Counted from the stretch's first letter, positions 1 through 9,738 are shown. The stretch is DNA of 28,990 nucleotides from Actinomycetota bacterium (GCA_016932375.1 JAFGDA010000114.1:1-28990); one strand, 5' to 3'. Numbers and translations: made by a program. The notes: generated from the letters alone by a model not told the origin.

Positions 1-464
1 AAAAAGTCGTAAACCATCTCTGCAGTAGCCGATTTATTACTATCAACCATGTTGATGTGACCAAAAAGGTTGTTGCTTCTGTGATGGTCTATATTTACAA
101 CTACCGATGCATTTTTTCTTACATAATCAAAGTCCAGGTTCATTCTTTCCTCGTCTGCACAATCAAGGCAAAAACAGGCGAATTTATTCCCATTAAATGC
201 GATATCACCAATATTCCTTTTTATATCATTAAAAAATGGAAGAAACTTATACTGATACGGCAAATCGCTGTTACAGATCATGAAAGATTTCCTGTTTATT
301 TTTTTTAAGAATACATGAAGCGCGCTAATTGAACCGAGCGCATCTCCATCAGGAAACACATGTGTTATTACCAGGAAATTTTTATTATCTTCTAATATGC
401 GGGCAATTTCACCGTAAATTTTTTTCTGGCCGGCTGCTTTAACTGTTGACTTTTTTTCTTTCAA
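1..464 (-). CDS. nrnA: DHH-family phosphoesterase (NrnA-like nanoRNase/pAp phosphatase), 3' part cut off by the window edge
   Basis: Not in the ORF track. Manual minus-strand translation from a probable TTG at 464 is open to the edge: LKEKKSTVKAAGQKKIYGEIARILEDNKNFLVITHVFPDGDALGSISAL...FCLDCADEER...VVNIDHHRSNNLFGHINMVDSNKSATAEMVYDF. It has the THxxPDGDALGS, LD, IDHH and SATAE motifs, and the position after rbfA is typical. The start codon is uncertain. Confidence 0.9.
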   Translation of the reverse strand, partial: MKEKKSTVKAAGQKKIYGEIARILEDNKNFLVITHVFPDGDALGSISALHVFLKKINRKSFMICNSDLPYQYKFLPFFNDIKRNIGDIAFNGNKFACFCLDCADEERMNLDFDYVRKNASVVVNIDHHRSNNLFGHINMVDSNKSATAEMVYDF

Positions 465-789
465 TTTCCTTTAGGATGCTTTCTATCTTCATTCCCCTGT
501 CAATGGAGCTGTCGTAAACAAATTTAATTTCAGGAATACTCCTGAGCCTGAATTTTCCCACCAGGTTTTTTTTTATAAATCCGCCGCATGAGTTCAGCGC
601 ATTCATGCTTTTTTCCCTGTTTTCTGCTGTTCCCATTATGCTTATATAGATAGTGAACCATTTATAATCAGAGGATAATTCTACATCGGTTACAGTAAGA
701 AAACCTATCCTTGGATCCTTTACTTTGTTATTTATTATAAAACTGATTTCCCTTTTGAGATCAGCAGCTATTTTCCTGACCCTGTCCAA
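439..789 (-). CDS. rbfA: Ribosome-binding factor A
   Basis: 116 aa, TTG start; KVKDPRIGFLTVTDVELSSD and LRSIPEIKFVYDSSIDRG motifs; follows infB. Confidence 0.97.
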   Translation of the reverse strand: MDRVRKIAADLKREISFIINNKVKDPRIGFLTVTDVELSSDYKWFTIYISIMGTAENREKSMNALNSCGGFIKKNLVGKFRLRSIPEIKFVYDSSIDRGMKIESILKEIERKKVNS

Positions 790-810
790 TTTGATTTTTC
801 CATATCAATA

Positions 811-3504
811 TTATTTTCTAATTTCAAAAAACTCCAGCATATCGCCCTGCCTGACATCCTGATAGTTTTCAAGCCTGACACCGCACTCATAACCTGCAGC
901 AACATTTTTTACATCTTCCTTGAATCTGTGAAGGCTGTCTACCTTCCCCTCATGAACTATTTCGCCATCCCTGATTAACCTTGCCATGTTGCCTCTCTCA
1001 ACCAAACCATTCAGTATATATGACCCTGCAACCAAACCTATCTTGCTTACCTTGAAAATTTCCCTTACTTCCGCCTTACCTTTTTCTATGATCTGGACTT
1101 CAGGTTCCAGGAGCCCTTCAAATGCAAGTTTTATATCATCTATAAGCTTATAAATAATATCATAAGTCCTTATCTCAACCTTCTCCTTCTTTGAAAGTAT
1201 CTCAGCATTCAATATTGGCTCAACTCCAAATCCTATGACAATGGCATTAGCTGCTGCTGCCAGCAGGATGTCACTTTCTGTAATGGCTCCAATTGCTTTG
1301 TGTATTATATTTATTTTAATCTTATCATGTTCAATTTTTTTAAGTGATTTTTCAACTGCATCAATTGAACCTTCAGATTCAGCTTTCAAAATTATTTTCA
1401 GTTTTTTTATTTCTTCTTCATGGGAAATGTCCACCAGGTTTTCAAGGGTGATCACTTTCCTGGATTCGGAAACCTGCATCATTTTCTTCGTATATTCCTT
1501 TTTGCTTAGCAATTCTTTTGCTGTCTTTTCATCCTTTACGATAAAAAGCTTGTCCCCTGCCTTCGGGACAGATGTAAAACCCGTGACTTCTATTGGCTGT
1601 GATAAAACACCTTCCTTGAGATTAATACTCCTGTAATCTTTAATTGTCCTTATCCTTCCATAAGAATCCCCTGTCACAAAAGAATCGCCTATTTTTATGC
1701 TGCCCCTTTTAACAATTACCGTGCCTATTGGACCCAGCCCTTTATCAAGTCTTGATTCTATAATAATCCCGATTCCTCCAGCACCCGGGTTTCCTTTTAT
1801 TTCATTCATATCTGCTACTAAAAGAATCATTTCAAGAAGTTCGTCAAGGTTTACATTATTTTTGGCAGATATTTCCACCACGACCGTATCTCCTCCCCAC
1901 TCCTCGGGAACAAGCCCATGTTCAGTAAGGCTCTTTTTTACTTTTTCAACATCTGCGTTTGGAAGGTCTATCTTGTTAATTGCCACTATTATTGGCACAC
2001 CTGCATCTTTTGCATGGTCTATGGCTTCTATCGATTGCGGCATTATTCCGTCATCTGCAGCAATTACAATTATCGCAATATCGGTTACCTGTGCACCCCT
2101 TGCCCTTATGGATGTAAATGCTTCATGGCCGGGGGTGTCTATAAAAGTTATATTTCTTCCATTATATTCTATTTGATAGGCACCTATGCGTTGTGTTATC
2201 CCCCCGGCTTCATCAACTGCAACTTTTGTTTTTCTTATGGAATCAAGAAGGGTGGTTTTACCATGATCTACATGGCCCATTATTGTTACAATAGGAGGCC
2301 GTAGCATAAGGTCTTCTTCTTTGTCCTGGTATACTTCCTCAAACTTTTCTTCAAATCCTATAATCCTGTACTTGAATTTGTATTCATTTGAAAGATACTC
2401 CAAAAGCTCTTTGCTGATGGCCTGGTTTATGGTATATGCTTCCCCAATACTGAAAAGAAAAGCAATGATTTCACTTGAAGATACATTAATTTTTTCCGAA
2501 ATCTGCTTGATTGTTATTCCTTCTGGAATTTCCAGTACTTTTTTAATTTCCGGTCTCTTTTTCTTTTCCTTTGAAGAAGTCTTCTCTTTGGATTTTAATA
2601 TGTCTTTAGACTTTAATCCACCTGCCCCTGTTTTTCTCTGGATGTATTTGGCTTTAAGGCGTCCCGTCTTCTCTTCCTTGTCAAGTTCCTTTGATAATAC
2701 GCTCTGTATCGAGATTTTTTTCTCTTCCTCCCAGCCCATTCTTTTTGGGTGCCCTTTTCTGCCTTTAAGGGAACCGTCTTCTCTTTCAAAAATAATCTCC
2801 GATACTTCTTCCTCTAATTCCTCCCTTTCCCTTGCTTCTATTTTCCGCTTTTTTTCCTTTACCACCACTCTTGCTGATTCTTTATCTTTTTCCTTTTTTT
2901 CAAGTTCCCTTGCCTTCTTTTCTTTTAATTCTGCTTCAGTAGTAATATCTTCTTCAGCCACTTTCAATATTTCCCTGGCCGGGGCAGTTTTATCATCCAT
3001 GGTTTTTTTAGCTGATGGTGCTGCACTTTCAACTACAGTTTTTTTGATAGTTCCCGCTTTCCCTTCTTTTTTCTGTCCTGCATCAGTAATCCCGGGTTCC
3101 TTTTTACTTTCCTTGAATTCTTTTATGCCTGTTGCTGCCTTGTTCTTTAAAGCTTCAGCTTCTTTCTTACTGGCTTCGGCTTCCCTTTTCCTGGCTTCCG
3201 CCTCTTTCTTTTTGGCCTCTGCTTCCTTTTTCCTGGCTTCCCTTGCTTTTTTTATTTCAGCTTCCTTCCTGGCTTCGGCCTCTTTTTTCGCTTTCTCTTC
3301 AGCTTCGGCTTTGGCTCTCTCTATTTCCGCAGCTTCATCCTTCTTTTTTTGCTCGAGACCTGCAAGGATCCTCTTTACATCCCTTGTATCCAGTATTGAA
3401 AGCGGGCTTTTTACCTGGATTCCAAGTTTCCTGCAGACAAATTTTAATTCCTTTATATCTAGTTTTTGTTCCTCTAATAGTTCAAAGACTTTTATATTTA
3501 CCAC
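811..3504 (-). CDS. infB: Translation initiation factor IF-2
   Basis: 897 aa, GTG start; G-domain motifs GHVDHGKTT, DTPGHEAF, NKID; C-terminal SLHRFKEDVKNVAAGYECG; long K/E-rich N-terminal region. Confidence 0.99.
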   Translation of the reverse strand: MVNIKVFELLEEQKLDIKELKFVCRKLGIQVKSPLSILDTRDVKRILAGLEQKKKDEAAEIERAKAEAEEKAKKEAEARKEAEIKKAREARKKEAEAKKKEAEARKREAEASKKEAEALKNKAATGIKEFKESKKEPGITDAGQKKEGKAGTIKKTVVESAAPSAKKTMDDKTAPAREILKVAEEDITTEAELKEKKARELEKKEKDKESARVVVKEKKRKIEAREREELEEEVSEIIFEREDGSLKGRKGHPKRMGWEEEKKISIQSVLSKELDKEEKTGRLKAKYIQRKTGAGGLKSKDILKSKEKTSSKEKKKRPEIKKVLEIPEGITIKQISEKINVSSSEIIAFLFSIGEAYTINQAISKELLEYLSNEYKFKYRIIGFEEKFEEVYQDKEEDLMLRPPIVTIMGHVDHGKTTLLDSIRKTKVAVDEAGGITQRIGAYQIEYNGRNITFIDTPGHEAFTSIRARGAQVTDIAIIVIAADDGIMPQSIEAIDHAKDAGVPIIVAINKIDLPNADVEKVKKSLTEHGLVPEEWGGDTVVVEISAKNNVNLDELLEMILLVADMNEIKGNPGAGGIGIIIESRLDKGLGPIGTVIVKRGSIKIGDSFVTGDSYGRIRTIKDYRSINLKEGVLSQPIEVTGFTSVPKAGDKLFIVKDEKTAKELLSKKEYTKKMMQVSESRKVITLENLVDISHEEEIKKLKIILKAESEGSIDAVEKSLKKIEHDKIKINIIHKAIGAITESDILLAAAANAIVIGFGVEPILNAEILSKKEKVEIRTYDIIYKLIDDIKLAFEGLLEPEVQIIEKGKAEVREIFKVSKIGLVAGSYILNGLVERGNMARLIRDGEIVHEGKVDSLHRFKEDVKNVAAGYECGVRLENYQDVRQGDMLEFFEIRK
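3148..3288 (-). repeat. Degenerate 21-bp (7-aa) coding tandem repeat in the IF-2 N-terminus
   Basis: Four adjacent units at 3148-3231 encode KKEAEAK, KKEAEAR, KREAEAS and KKEAEAL. Another KKEAEAR is at aa 73-79. DNA units differ at many synonymous positions. Confidence 0.8.
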
Positions 3505-3531
3505 TTCCCTTGTAAAAGCTGGAATTATAGA

Positions 3532-4590
3532 TCAGTTTTTAACCTCTTCGTTTTCTTCCCCCTGATCCATCATCCTCTTTTTCCGCGCTTCATCCAGCTC
3601 TTCTTCAAACTGTTTTTCGTTCTTAATATCTATTTTCCAGCCTGTCAGTTTTGCTGCAAGCCTTGCATTCTGCCCTTCCCTGCCAATAGCAAGTGATAAC
3701 TGGTCATTTGATACGACTATCAATGCAAATTTGTTTCCTTCATCGGTCAGGACTTTTACAACCCTTGCAGGGCTTAATGCGTTTTTAATAAATGTAACAA
3801 TATCTTCACTGTAATCCACTATATCTATTTTTTCACCACCCAGTTCATCAACCACCATTCTTACTCTCGAACCTTTTGGACCGACGCAGGCACCGACCGG
3901 GTCTACGTTCTTTTCGTTTGAAGTTACTGCTATCTTGGTCCTGTATCCAGCCTCCCTTGCTATATTCTTGATTTCAACAACATTCTCACTTATTTCGGGA
4001 ACCTCAAGCTCAAACAGCCTTCTTATCAAACCTGTATGGGACCTGGATACAATTACCTGTGGCCCCTTGGTGGTTTTCCTCACCTCTGAAATATAACACT
4101 TTATCCTCTCGCCATGTTTATACCTTTCCCTTGGGACCTGCTCATATGGAGGAAGCAGCGCCTCTACCTTGCCAAGATCCACAAGGGTGAACCTTGCATC
4201 GCTCTGCTGGATTATCCCGGTTACAAGTTCCCCGACGCGGTCCTTATAATCTTCATACATTATTTCGCGCTCCGCTTCCTTCATTCTCTGCCTTATCACC
4301 TGCTTTGCTGTCTGCGCTGCAATTCTCCCAAAATTATCGGGTGTAACTTCAATTTCTTTCCTCTCTGCATCTTCTTCTGTGCTTTCTTCATCCCCATCTT
4401 CTTCAAGAATCCTGAATACTTTAATTTCGCCAGTCTTTGTGTTTATGTCAATCCTGCAATCATAATCAACCTGGTAATTTTTCTTGTAGGCTGAAGCGAG
4501 GGCGACCTTTAAAGCGTCCAGTATGGTATCCATTTTTATACCTTTTTCTTTTTCAAGTTCAACAAGAGCTGCAATTAATTGTTTATTCAA
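3532..4590 (-). CDS. nusA: Transcription termination/antitermination factor NusA
   Basis: [14 protein letters not shown]1 domain, KH motifs [20 protein letters not shown] and [25 protein letters not shown]. The ORF is open to 4599 (GTG) and has an ATG at 4596. TTG at 4590 (MNKQLIAAL) is preferred because it is 6 nt from AGGTG and matches the usual N-terminus. Confidence 0.98.
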   Translation of the reverse strand: MNKQLIAALVELEKEKGIKMDTILDALKVALASAYKKNYQVDYDCRIDINTKTGEIKVFRILEEDGDEESTEEDAERKEIEVTPDNFGRIAAQTAKQVIRQRMKEAEREIMYEDYKDRVGELVTGIIQQSDARFTLVDLGKVEALLPPYEQVPRERYKHGERIKCYISEVRKTTKGPQVIVSRSHTGLIRRLFELEVPEISENVVEIKNIAREAGYRTKIAVTSNEKNVDPVGACVGPKGSRVRMVVDELGGEKIDIVDYSEDIVTFIKNALSPARVVKVLTDEGNKFALIVVSNDQLSLAIGREGQNARLAAKLTGWKIDIKNEKQFEEELDEARKKRMMDQGEENEEVKN

Positions 4591-4623
4591 GCCCATCACC
4601 TACAATTTAATAAATTTTAAATT

Positions 4624-4651
4624 AAAAAATAGTGGGAAGGCCCACTATTTT
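4624..4651 (-). terminator. Intrinsic terminator/attenuator hairpin in the nusA leader
   Basis: Perfect 11-bp inverted repeat AAAATAGTGGG-(4-nt loop)-CCCACTATTTT at 4626-4651. On the minus strand the stem runs into a U6 tract (4629-4624). It lies between a promoter (4681-4708) and the nusA start. Confidence 0.8.
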
Positions 4652-4680
4652 CAAAACTGCAATCTTAAAATTTCGTTATG

Positions 4681-4708
4681 AGTATAACATAAAACATAAA
4701 AAATTCAA
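4681..4708 (-). promoter_or_regulatory. Sigma70/SigA-type promoter of nusA-infB-rbfA-nrnA
   Basis: TTGAAT (4708-4703), 16-nt spacer, TATACT (4686-4681), with a TG extended -10 at 4689-4688. Confidence 0.7.
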
Positions 4709-4768
4709 TTGTGCTGGGTATTTATGTTATCTGATATTCCTGGATGTTTCAAAAAAGACATCAAACTT

Positions 4769-6937
4769 TTAATAATTCTTAAGCATTTCCTTAAGGCCCG
4801 TGTACCTGTTCTCTGTCATATTCCTGTTTACGGCAATCCCTATCGCTTTTTTGCTACCAACCAGGACAGCCAGCTCGCGTGCCCTTGTAAGAGCGGTGTA
4901 AAGCAGGTTCCTCTGTAGAAGCAGGTAATGGGATGTTAACAGGGGGACTATTACGCACCTGAATTCTGAACCCTGTGCCTTATGGATGGATATTGCATAG
5001 GAGAGGTTTAACTCATCAAGCTCATAATAACCATAACTTACAATTCTTCCGTCAAAATCTACATATATTTCCTTAAGCTCGGGTTCTATGTCTTTTATGA
5101 AACCTATATCACCATTAAAGATATCTTTTTCATAGTTGTTTCTTAACTGGATTACCCTGTCATTAACCTTTAAATTTATTGAACCCCTTGGAATGCCCTT
5201 ATTTGCGGGGTTAATCATATCCTGTATTTTTTCATTAAGGCTATCCACCCCGCATATCCCTTTATTGGTGGGAACAAGGACCTGTATATCCTTCAGGGGA
5301 TCAAATCCAAACTTTTTTGGTATCTTTTCGTTTACCAGGTAGAGTATTATATTTACCGCACTACCAGGGTCATTTTTTTCAATAAAAAAGAAATCATGTT
5401 CATCATTTTTCCCAATGGCTGGATAAATCCCATCCCTTACTTTATGGGCATTCCTGATTATCATGCTCTGGCCTTCCTGGCGGTATATATTTTTTAATTC
5501 TACTACCGGGATAATCCCTGAATTGATTATATCCTTCAGGACATTTCCAGGCCCTACGGAAGGAAGCTGGTCAATATCTCCTACAAGTACAAGCTTTGTA
5601 TCACACTTTAATGCTTTCAGCAGGTTCTTTATTAATCTTATATCAAGCATGGATGCTTCATCTATTATTATTACACTGGCATCCAGCATGTTTTCTTCGT
5701 TTTTCATGAATTTATTAAGTTTGGGGTTATAGGAAAGAAGCCTGTGAATCGTCTTTGCCTCCCTGCCCGTGATCTCGGTTATTCTTTTGGATGCCCTGCC
5801 CGTTGGTGCACCAAGCAATACTTTTTTATTTTCCCTCTCGAATAAATTGATAATAAAATTGAGTATGGTGCTCTTTCCTGTTCCGGGACTTCCGGTTATT
5901 ACCAGGATCTTTTCGGTCAAAGCTTTAACTACAGCTTCAATCTGCAGATCATCAAGCATCATGCTGCCGGTTTCTGACATCTTCTTTATAATGTCTTTGT
6001 ATGCCTCTTTTTTATTCCTGAGTGCATTTATGTCATCTCCACTTTCCAGCATATCAAGTATTTTTCCACAGCAGTATTTCTCGGCTGCATAAAGGCTTTT
6101 ATGATATACTTTTTTAAAATCATCCTCTACTATTATTATTTTTTCTTCTTTTTCCAGTTCGCCAAGAGCTGAATTTATCAGTGAAAGATCCGACTCAAGA
6201 AACCCTGAAGATACTTCAAGAAGTTTTTCATAAGGCAGATAGCAATGCCCTTCTTCCTCGGCTTTTTTAAGAAGGTATATTATTCCAGACTGTATCCTGA
6301 AAAGGGAATCCTTACTGATACCTGCATTAATAGCGATCCTGTCAGCCATCTTAAATCCTATGCCAAAAACATCCTCGGCCAGCCTGTAAGGATTAAGCTT
6401 GATAACATTGATGGCATTGTCACCATAATTATTATAGATTTTTACTGCATATGCAGGTGATATGCCACATGATTGCAGGAACATCATGACTTCCCTGATT
6501 TTTTTGTATTTGTTCCATGAGTCTATGACAAGAGCAATCCTCTTTTTCCCAATACCTTCTATACGGCTCAGTTTTCCAGGTTCTTCATCCATCACCCTGA
6601 GAGTATCCAGCCCGAAACATGATACGATTTTTGCAGCCGTTACGGGTCCTATCCCTTTGATCAGTCCCGAACTTAGATAGTTTTCAATACCGGAAAGTGA
6701 CGAAGGTGCATAGGTTTTAACTCTTTCTATTTCAAATTGCCTGCCGTAATTTTTATTGAATACCCATCTGCCGGTTACTTCCAGCCTTTCTCCGCACTGG
6801 AGCTCAAAAACATTGCCTACTATTGTAACCTGGTCATTATTTTTTAGCCTCAGTCTTCCTACAATATAACCGGAATCAGGATTTTTAAATAAAATCTTTT
6901 CCAAGGTACCGGATATGCTGTTTGATTTTTCATCCAT
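4769..6937 (-). CDS. recD2: RecD2-like SF1B 5'-3' DNA helicase (RecD/TraA family)
   Basis: 722 aa; N-terminal OB-like and HhH region (YLSSGLIKGIGPVTAAKIV, IEGIGKKR); Walker A GSPGTGKS; IIIDEASM; VGDIDQLPSVG; YRQ; SIHKAQGSEF; LYTALTRAR. Confidence 0.95.
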   Translation of the reverse strand: MDEKSNSISGTLEKILFKNPDSGYIVGRLRLKNNDQVTIVGNVFELQCGERLEVTGRWVFNKNYGRQFEIERVKTYAPSSLSGIENYLSSGLIKGIGPVTAAKIVSCFGLDTLRVMDEEPGKLSRIEGIGKKRIALVIDSWNKYKKIREVMMFLQSCGISPAYAVKIYNNYGDNAINVIKLNPYRLAEDVFGIGFKMADRIAINAGISKDSLFRIQSGIIYLLKKAEEEGHCYLPYEKLLEVSSGFLESDLSLINSALGELEKEEKIIIVEDDFKKVYHKSLYAAEKYCCGKILDMLESGDDINALRNKKEAYKDIIKKMSETGSMMLDDLQIEAVVKALTEKILVITGSPGTGKSTILNFIINLFERENKKVLLGAPTGRASKRITEITGREAKTIHRLLSYNPKLNKFMKNEENMLDASVIIIDEASMLDIRLIKNLLKALKCDTKLVLVGDIDQLPSVGPGNVLKDIINSGIIPVVELKNIYRQEGQSMIIRNAHKVRDGIYPAIGKNDEHDFFFIEKNDPGSAVNIILYLVNEKIPKKFGFDPLKDIQVLVPTNKGICGVDSLNEKIQDMINPANKGIPRGSINLKVNDRVIQLRNNYEKDIFNGDIGFIKDIEPELKEIYVDFDGRIVSYGYYELDELNLSYAISIHKAQGSEFRCVIVPLLTSHYLLLQRNLLYTALTRARELAVLVGSKKAIGIAVNRNMTENRYTGLKEMLKNY

Positions 6938-6946
6938 CGGAAGATT

Positions 6947-8659
6947 TCAGATATTATTTCTGGATTTAAATTCTTTTATAAAACCGTTAATTGAATCAAC
7001 CGGTAATTCTGTTTTTGCCCTGTCCATCCTGGTCTCCACATCAATGACTTTTTTATCTATATATTTTTTACCGATGATAAACCTGACCGGTATTCCTATA
7101 AGGTCGGAATCCTTGAACTTTATTCCTGCACTCAGGTCGCGGTCGTCATAAAGTACTTCCACCCCCATTTTAAGGAGTTTAGAATATATATCTTCTGCTG
7201 CTTCGGAAAGATTGGGGTCTTTTGCAGTTGTTGTAATTATGTTTATATGATATGGCGCCACGGATACAGGCCAGGCTATTCCCTTATCATCATGATTCTG
7301 TTCTACAATCGCAGAGAGCATTCTTGTTACCCCTATTCCGTAGCAACCCATTACAAAGGGCCTGAGCTTGCCATCCTTATCCAGGAACCTGGCCCCAAAC
7401 TTTTCGCTGTATTTGGTCCCAAGTTTAAAGATATGGCCTATTTCTATTCCCTTTTCAAACTTCAGCTTCGCCCCGCATTCAATGCAGTTATCTCCATCAC
7501 AAGCATAGGAAAAATTACCCCATTGCCTTACCTTAAAATCCCTCCCGGTATTCACATTTATAAGATGCATATCCTCCCGGTTGGCTCCCGTCACAAAATT
7601 CTTCATATCACTTACTGAATGGTCTGCATATATCTCAATATCCTTTTCCAAGCCCACAGGACCGAGGAAACCAGCCTTAAGGTTTCTACCCGGTTCTTCA
7701 TCCCTGGATAGTTCAAGGTTTTTGCCTAAGGATTTTCCTGCTTTGGTAATATTTAATTCCCTGTCACCACTCATGATAAAGGCATATATTTTTTTCCTGT
7801 TATCCATTACTAAAATTGTCTTTAAGGTTTGCCCTTTCCCTGTATTTAAAAACTTTGACAGGCTATCGATGTCCCTTATGCCCGGGGTTGATACTTCTTT
7901 TATTTCTTTAAGTTCAGTATTTTCCTTATTTTTTTTCGCACAGGCAAAATCAGCCATTTCCATATTTGCCGAATAACCGCATTCCGGGCAATACACCAGC
8001 CTTTCTTCTCCATCACCTGCAAGTACTATAAATTCATGGGAAACATTTCCCCCAATAAGGCCGGTTTCCGCATTAACCACCTTATAGGAAAGACCGATTC
8101 TTTCCATTATTTTTATATATGCTGAATACATTTTATTATATACAAGATCAAGGTCCTGCACATTCGAACAGAAGCTGTAGGCATCTTTCATTATAAATTC
8201 CCTTGCCCTCAGCAGCCCGTAGCGGGGCCTTATTTCATCCCTGAATTTTACCTGTATCTGGTATAAATTTAATGGAAGTTCCTTATATGACTTTATATCC
8301 AGGTGTGCCATATATGTGATAAGCTCCTCGTGGGTTGGGCCAAGGCAGAAATCACGGTCATTCCTATCCCTTAACCTGAACATATCAGGTCCGTATTCAT
8401 CCCATCTTCCGGACTTCTTCCATAATTCAGAAGGCTGGATCACCGGCAGGATTACCTCAATACCCCCGGCATTGTTCATTTCCTCCCTTATTATGCGTTC
8501 AATTTTTTTTAGCACCCTTAACCCGAGAGGTAAAAATGAATATATACCTGAAGCAATCTTTCTAATCAGGCCTGCTCTAAGAGTAAGCGCATGACTTGGT
8601 ATTTCTGCTTCACCAGGGTCTTCTTTAAGAGTAGGTATAAACATCATGGAATACTTCAA
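6947..8659 (-). CDS. proS: Prolyl-tRNA synthetase (bacterial type with INS editing domain)
   Basis: 570 aa, TTG start with AAGGAG SD; LGPTHEE, FRDEIRPRYGLLRAREFIMKDAYSF, GIEIGHIFKLGTKYS, MGCYGIG. Confidence 0.99.
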   Translation of the reverse strand: MKYSMMFIPTLKEDPGEAEIPSHALTLRAGLIRKIASGIYSFLPLGLRVLKKIERIIREEMNNAGGIEVILPVIQPSELWKKSGRWDEYGPDMFRLRDRNDRDFCLGPTHEELITYMAHLDIKSYKELPLNLYQIQVKFRDEIRPRYGLLRAREFIMKDAYSFCSNVQDLDLVYNKMYSAYIKIMERIGLSYKVVNAETGLIGGNVSHEFIVLAGDGEERLVYCPECGYSANMEMADFACAKKNKENTELKEIKEVSTPGIRDIDSLSKFLNTGKGQTLKTILVMDNRKKIYAFIMSGDRELNITKAGKSLGKNLELSRDEEPGRNLKAGFLGPVGLEKDIEIYADHSVSDMKNFVTGANREDMHLINVNTGRDFKVRQWGNFSYACDGDNCIECGAKLKFEKGIEIGHIFKLGTKYSEKFGARFLDKDGKLRPFVMGCYGIGVTRMLSAIVEQNHDDKGIAWPVSVAPYHINIITTTAKDPNLSEAAEDIYSKLLKMGVEVLYDDRDLSAGIKFKDSDLIGIPVRFIIGKKYIDKKVIDVETRMDRAKTELPVDSINGFIKEFKSRNNI

Positions 8660-8673
8660 ATTTTCTCCTTATG

Positions 8674-9738
8674 TCATATAATCTTTTTTAATTCTTTTTC
8701 AAACTCCTTCAGTACTTCTTCTCTTGCAACCCTTTTTATAACCTTTCCCTTAAGGAACATTGCTGCCTTTTCCTTTCCAAATGCTATCCCAAGATCTGCA
8801 TCTTTTGCTTCTCCGGGCCCGTTTACTATGCAGCCCATCACTGCAAGTTTCAGGTCCTTCCTTATTCCATCTGTCATCTGGCAGACCCTGTCTATAACAT
8901 CATGGAATCCTTCAGCGGTTCTTCCGCATGTAGGGCATGAAACCAAATCAATTCCACCTTTCCTGAGATTAAGGCTCTTTAAAATCATATATCCTGCCTT
9001 AACTTCCTGTACCGATGAATCCGTCAGGGAAACCCTGATGGTGTCACCAATGCCGCTGTAAAGAATTATCCCTATTCCAACCGAAGATTTTACCGCTCCC
9101 TGGAATAGCGGGCCTGCCTCGGTAACACCTACATGAAGAGGATAATCCAGCTTTCCTGAAACAGCCTGGTACGCCTTGATGGTATCTGTGACAGAAGATG
9201 CCTTAACAGATATCTTAAAATTGTAAAACTTAAGGCTTTCAAAAAACCTGGCATTTTCAAGGGCGCTTTCAACCATTGAGTCGATAATGTTCCCCCTGTT
9301 TTTAACCAGTACCTTTTTGTCAAGGGAACCGGAATTAATCCCTATCCTTACTGCAGCATTTTTCTTTTTTGCCAACTCTATTACAATTCCTGTTTTATCT
9401 TTTCCTCCTATGTTCCCGGGATTTATCCTTATGCCGTCTACGCCTGCTTCCAGGCACCTGATTGCAAGCATGTGGTCAAACTGTATATCTGCCACGAGGG
9501 GTACTGAAAAAAGTCCTTCTTTTATAAGTGATTTTATTTTTAAAACAGAATCCATATCGGTTACAGCAATCCTTATTATTTCACAACCGCAATCAATAAG
9601 GCCGTTGACTTCCCTACGCAGTGCAACAGGGTTATTTATACCCGTCTTGATCATGGATTGAACCGTGATGGGATTTTCCCCTCCTATTTTTATTTTACCC
9701 AGTCTTATTTCCCTTGTCTTTTTTCTTTTTATATCCAT
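8674..9738 (-). CDS. ispG: 4-hydroxy-3-methylbut-2-en-1-yl diphosphate synthase (MEP pathway)
   Basis: 354 aa; IGGENPITVQSM, RINPGNI, YPLHVGVTEAG, GIGDTIRVSL; Fe-S ligands CPTCGRT and GCIVNGPGE. Confidence 0.98.
   Translation of the reverse strand: MDIKRKKTREIRLGKIKIGGENPITVQSMIKTGINNPVALRREVNGLIDCGCEIIRIAVTDMDSVLKIKSLIKEGLFSVPLVADIQFDHMLAIRCLEAGVDGIRINPGNIGGKDKTGIVIELAKKKNAAVRIGINSGSLDKKVLVKNRGNIIDSMVESALENARFFESLKFYNFKISVKASSVTDTIKAYQAVSGKLDYPLHVGVTEAGPLFQGAVKSSVGIGIILYSGIGDTIRVSLTDSSVQEVKAGYMILKSLNLRKGGIDLVSCPTCGRTAEGFHDVIDRVCQMTDGIRKDLKLAVMGCIVNGPGEAKDADLGIAFGKEKAAMFLKGKVIKRVAREEVLKEFEKELKKII

Noticed and set aside
57-308. 83-aa plus-strand ORF
   Set aside because: Antisense shadow of the DHH phosphoesterase on the minus strand.
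2321-3565. 414-aa plus-strand ORF, and the many other plus-strand ORFs in the track
   Set aside because: All lie antisense to well-supported genes. Their S/F/L-rich sequence is the expected mirror of K/E-rich sense codons, and none has a recognisable motif.
4682-4709. Second XerD-arm-like match (TTATGTTATAC) upstream of nusA
   Set aside because: No ATAA left half-site at 6-nt spacing; it is explained by the extended -10 promoter.
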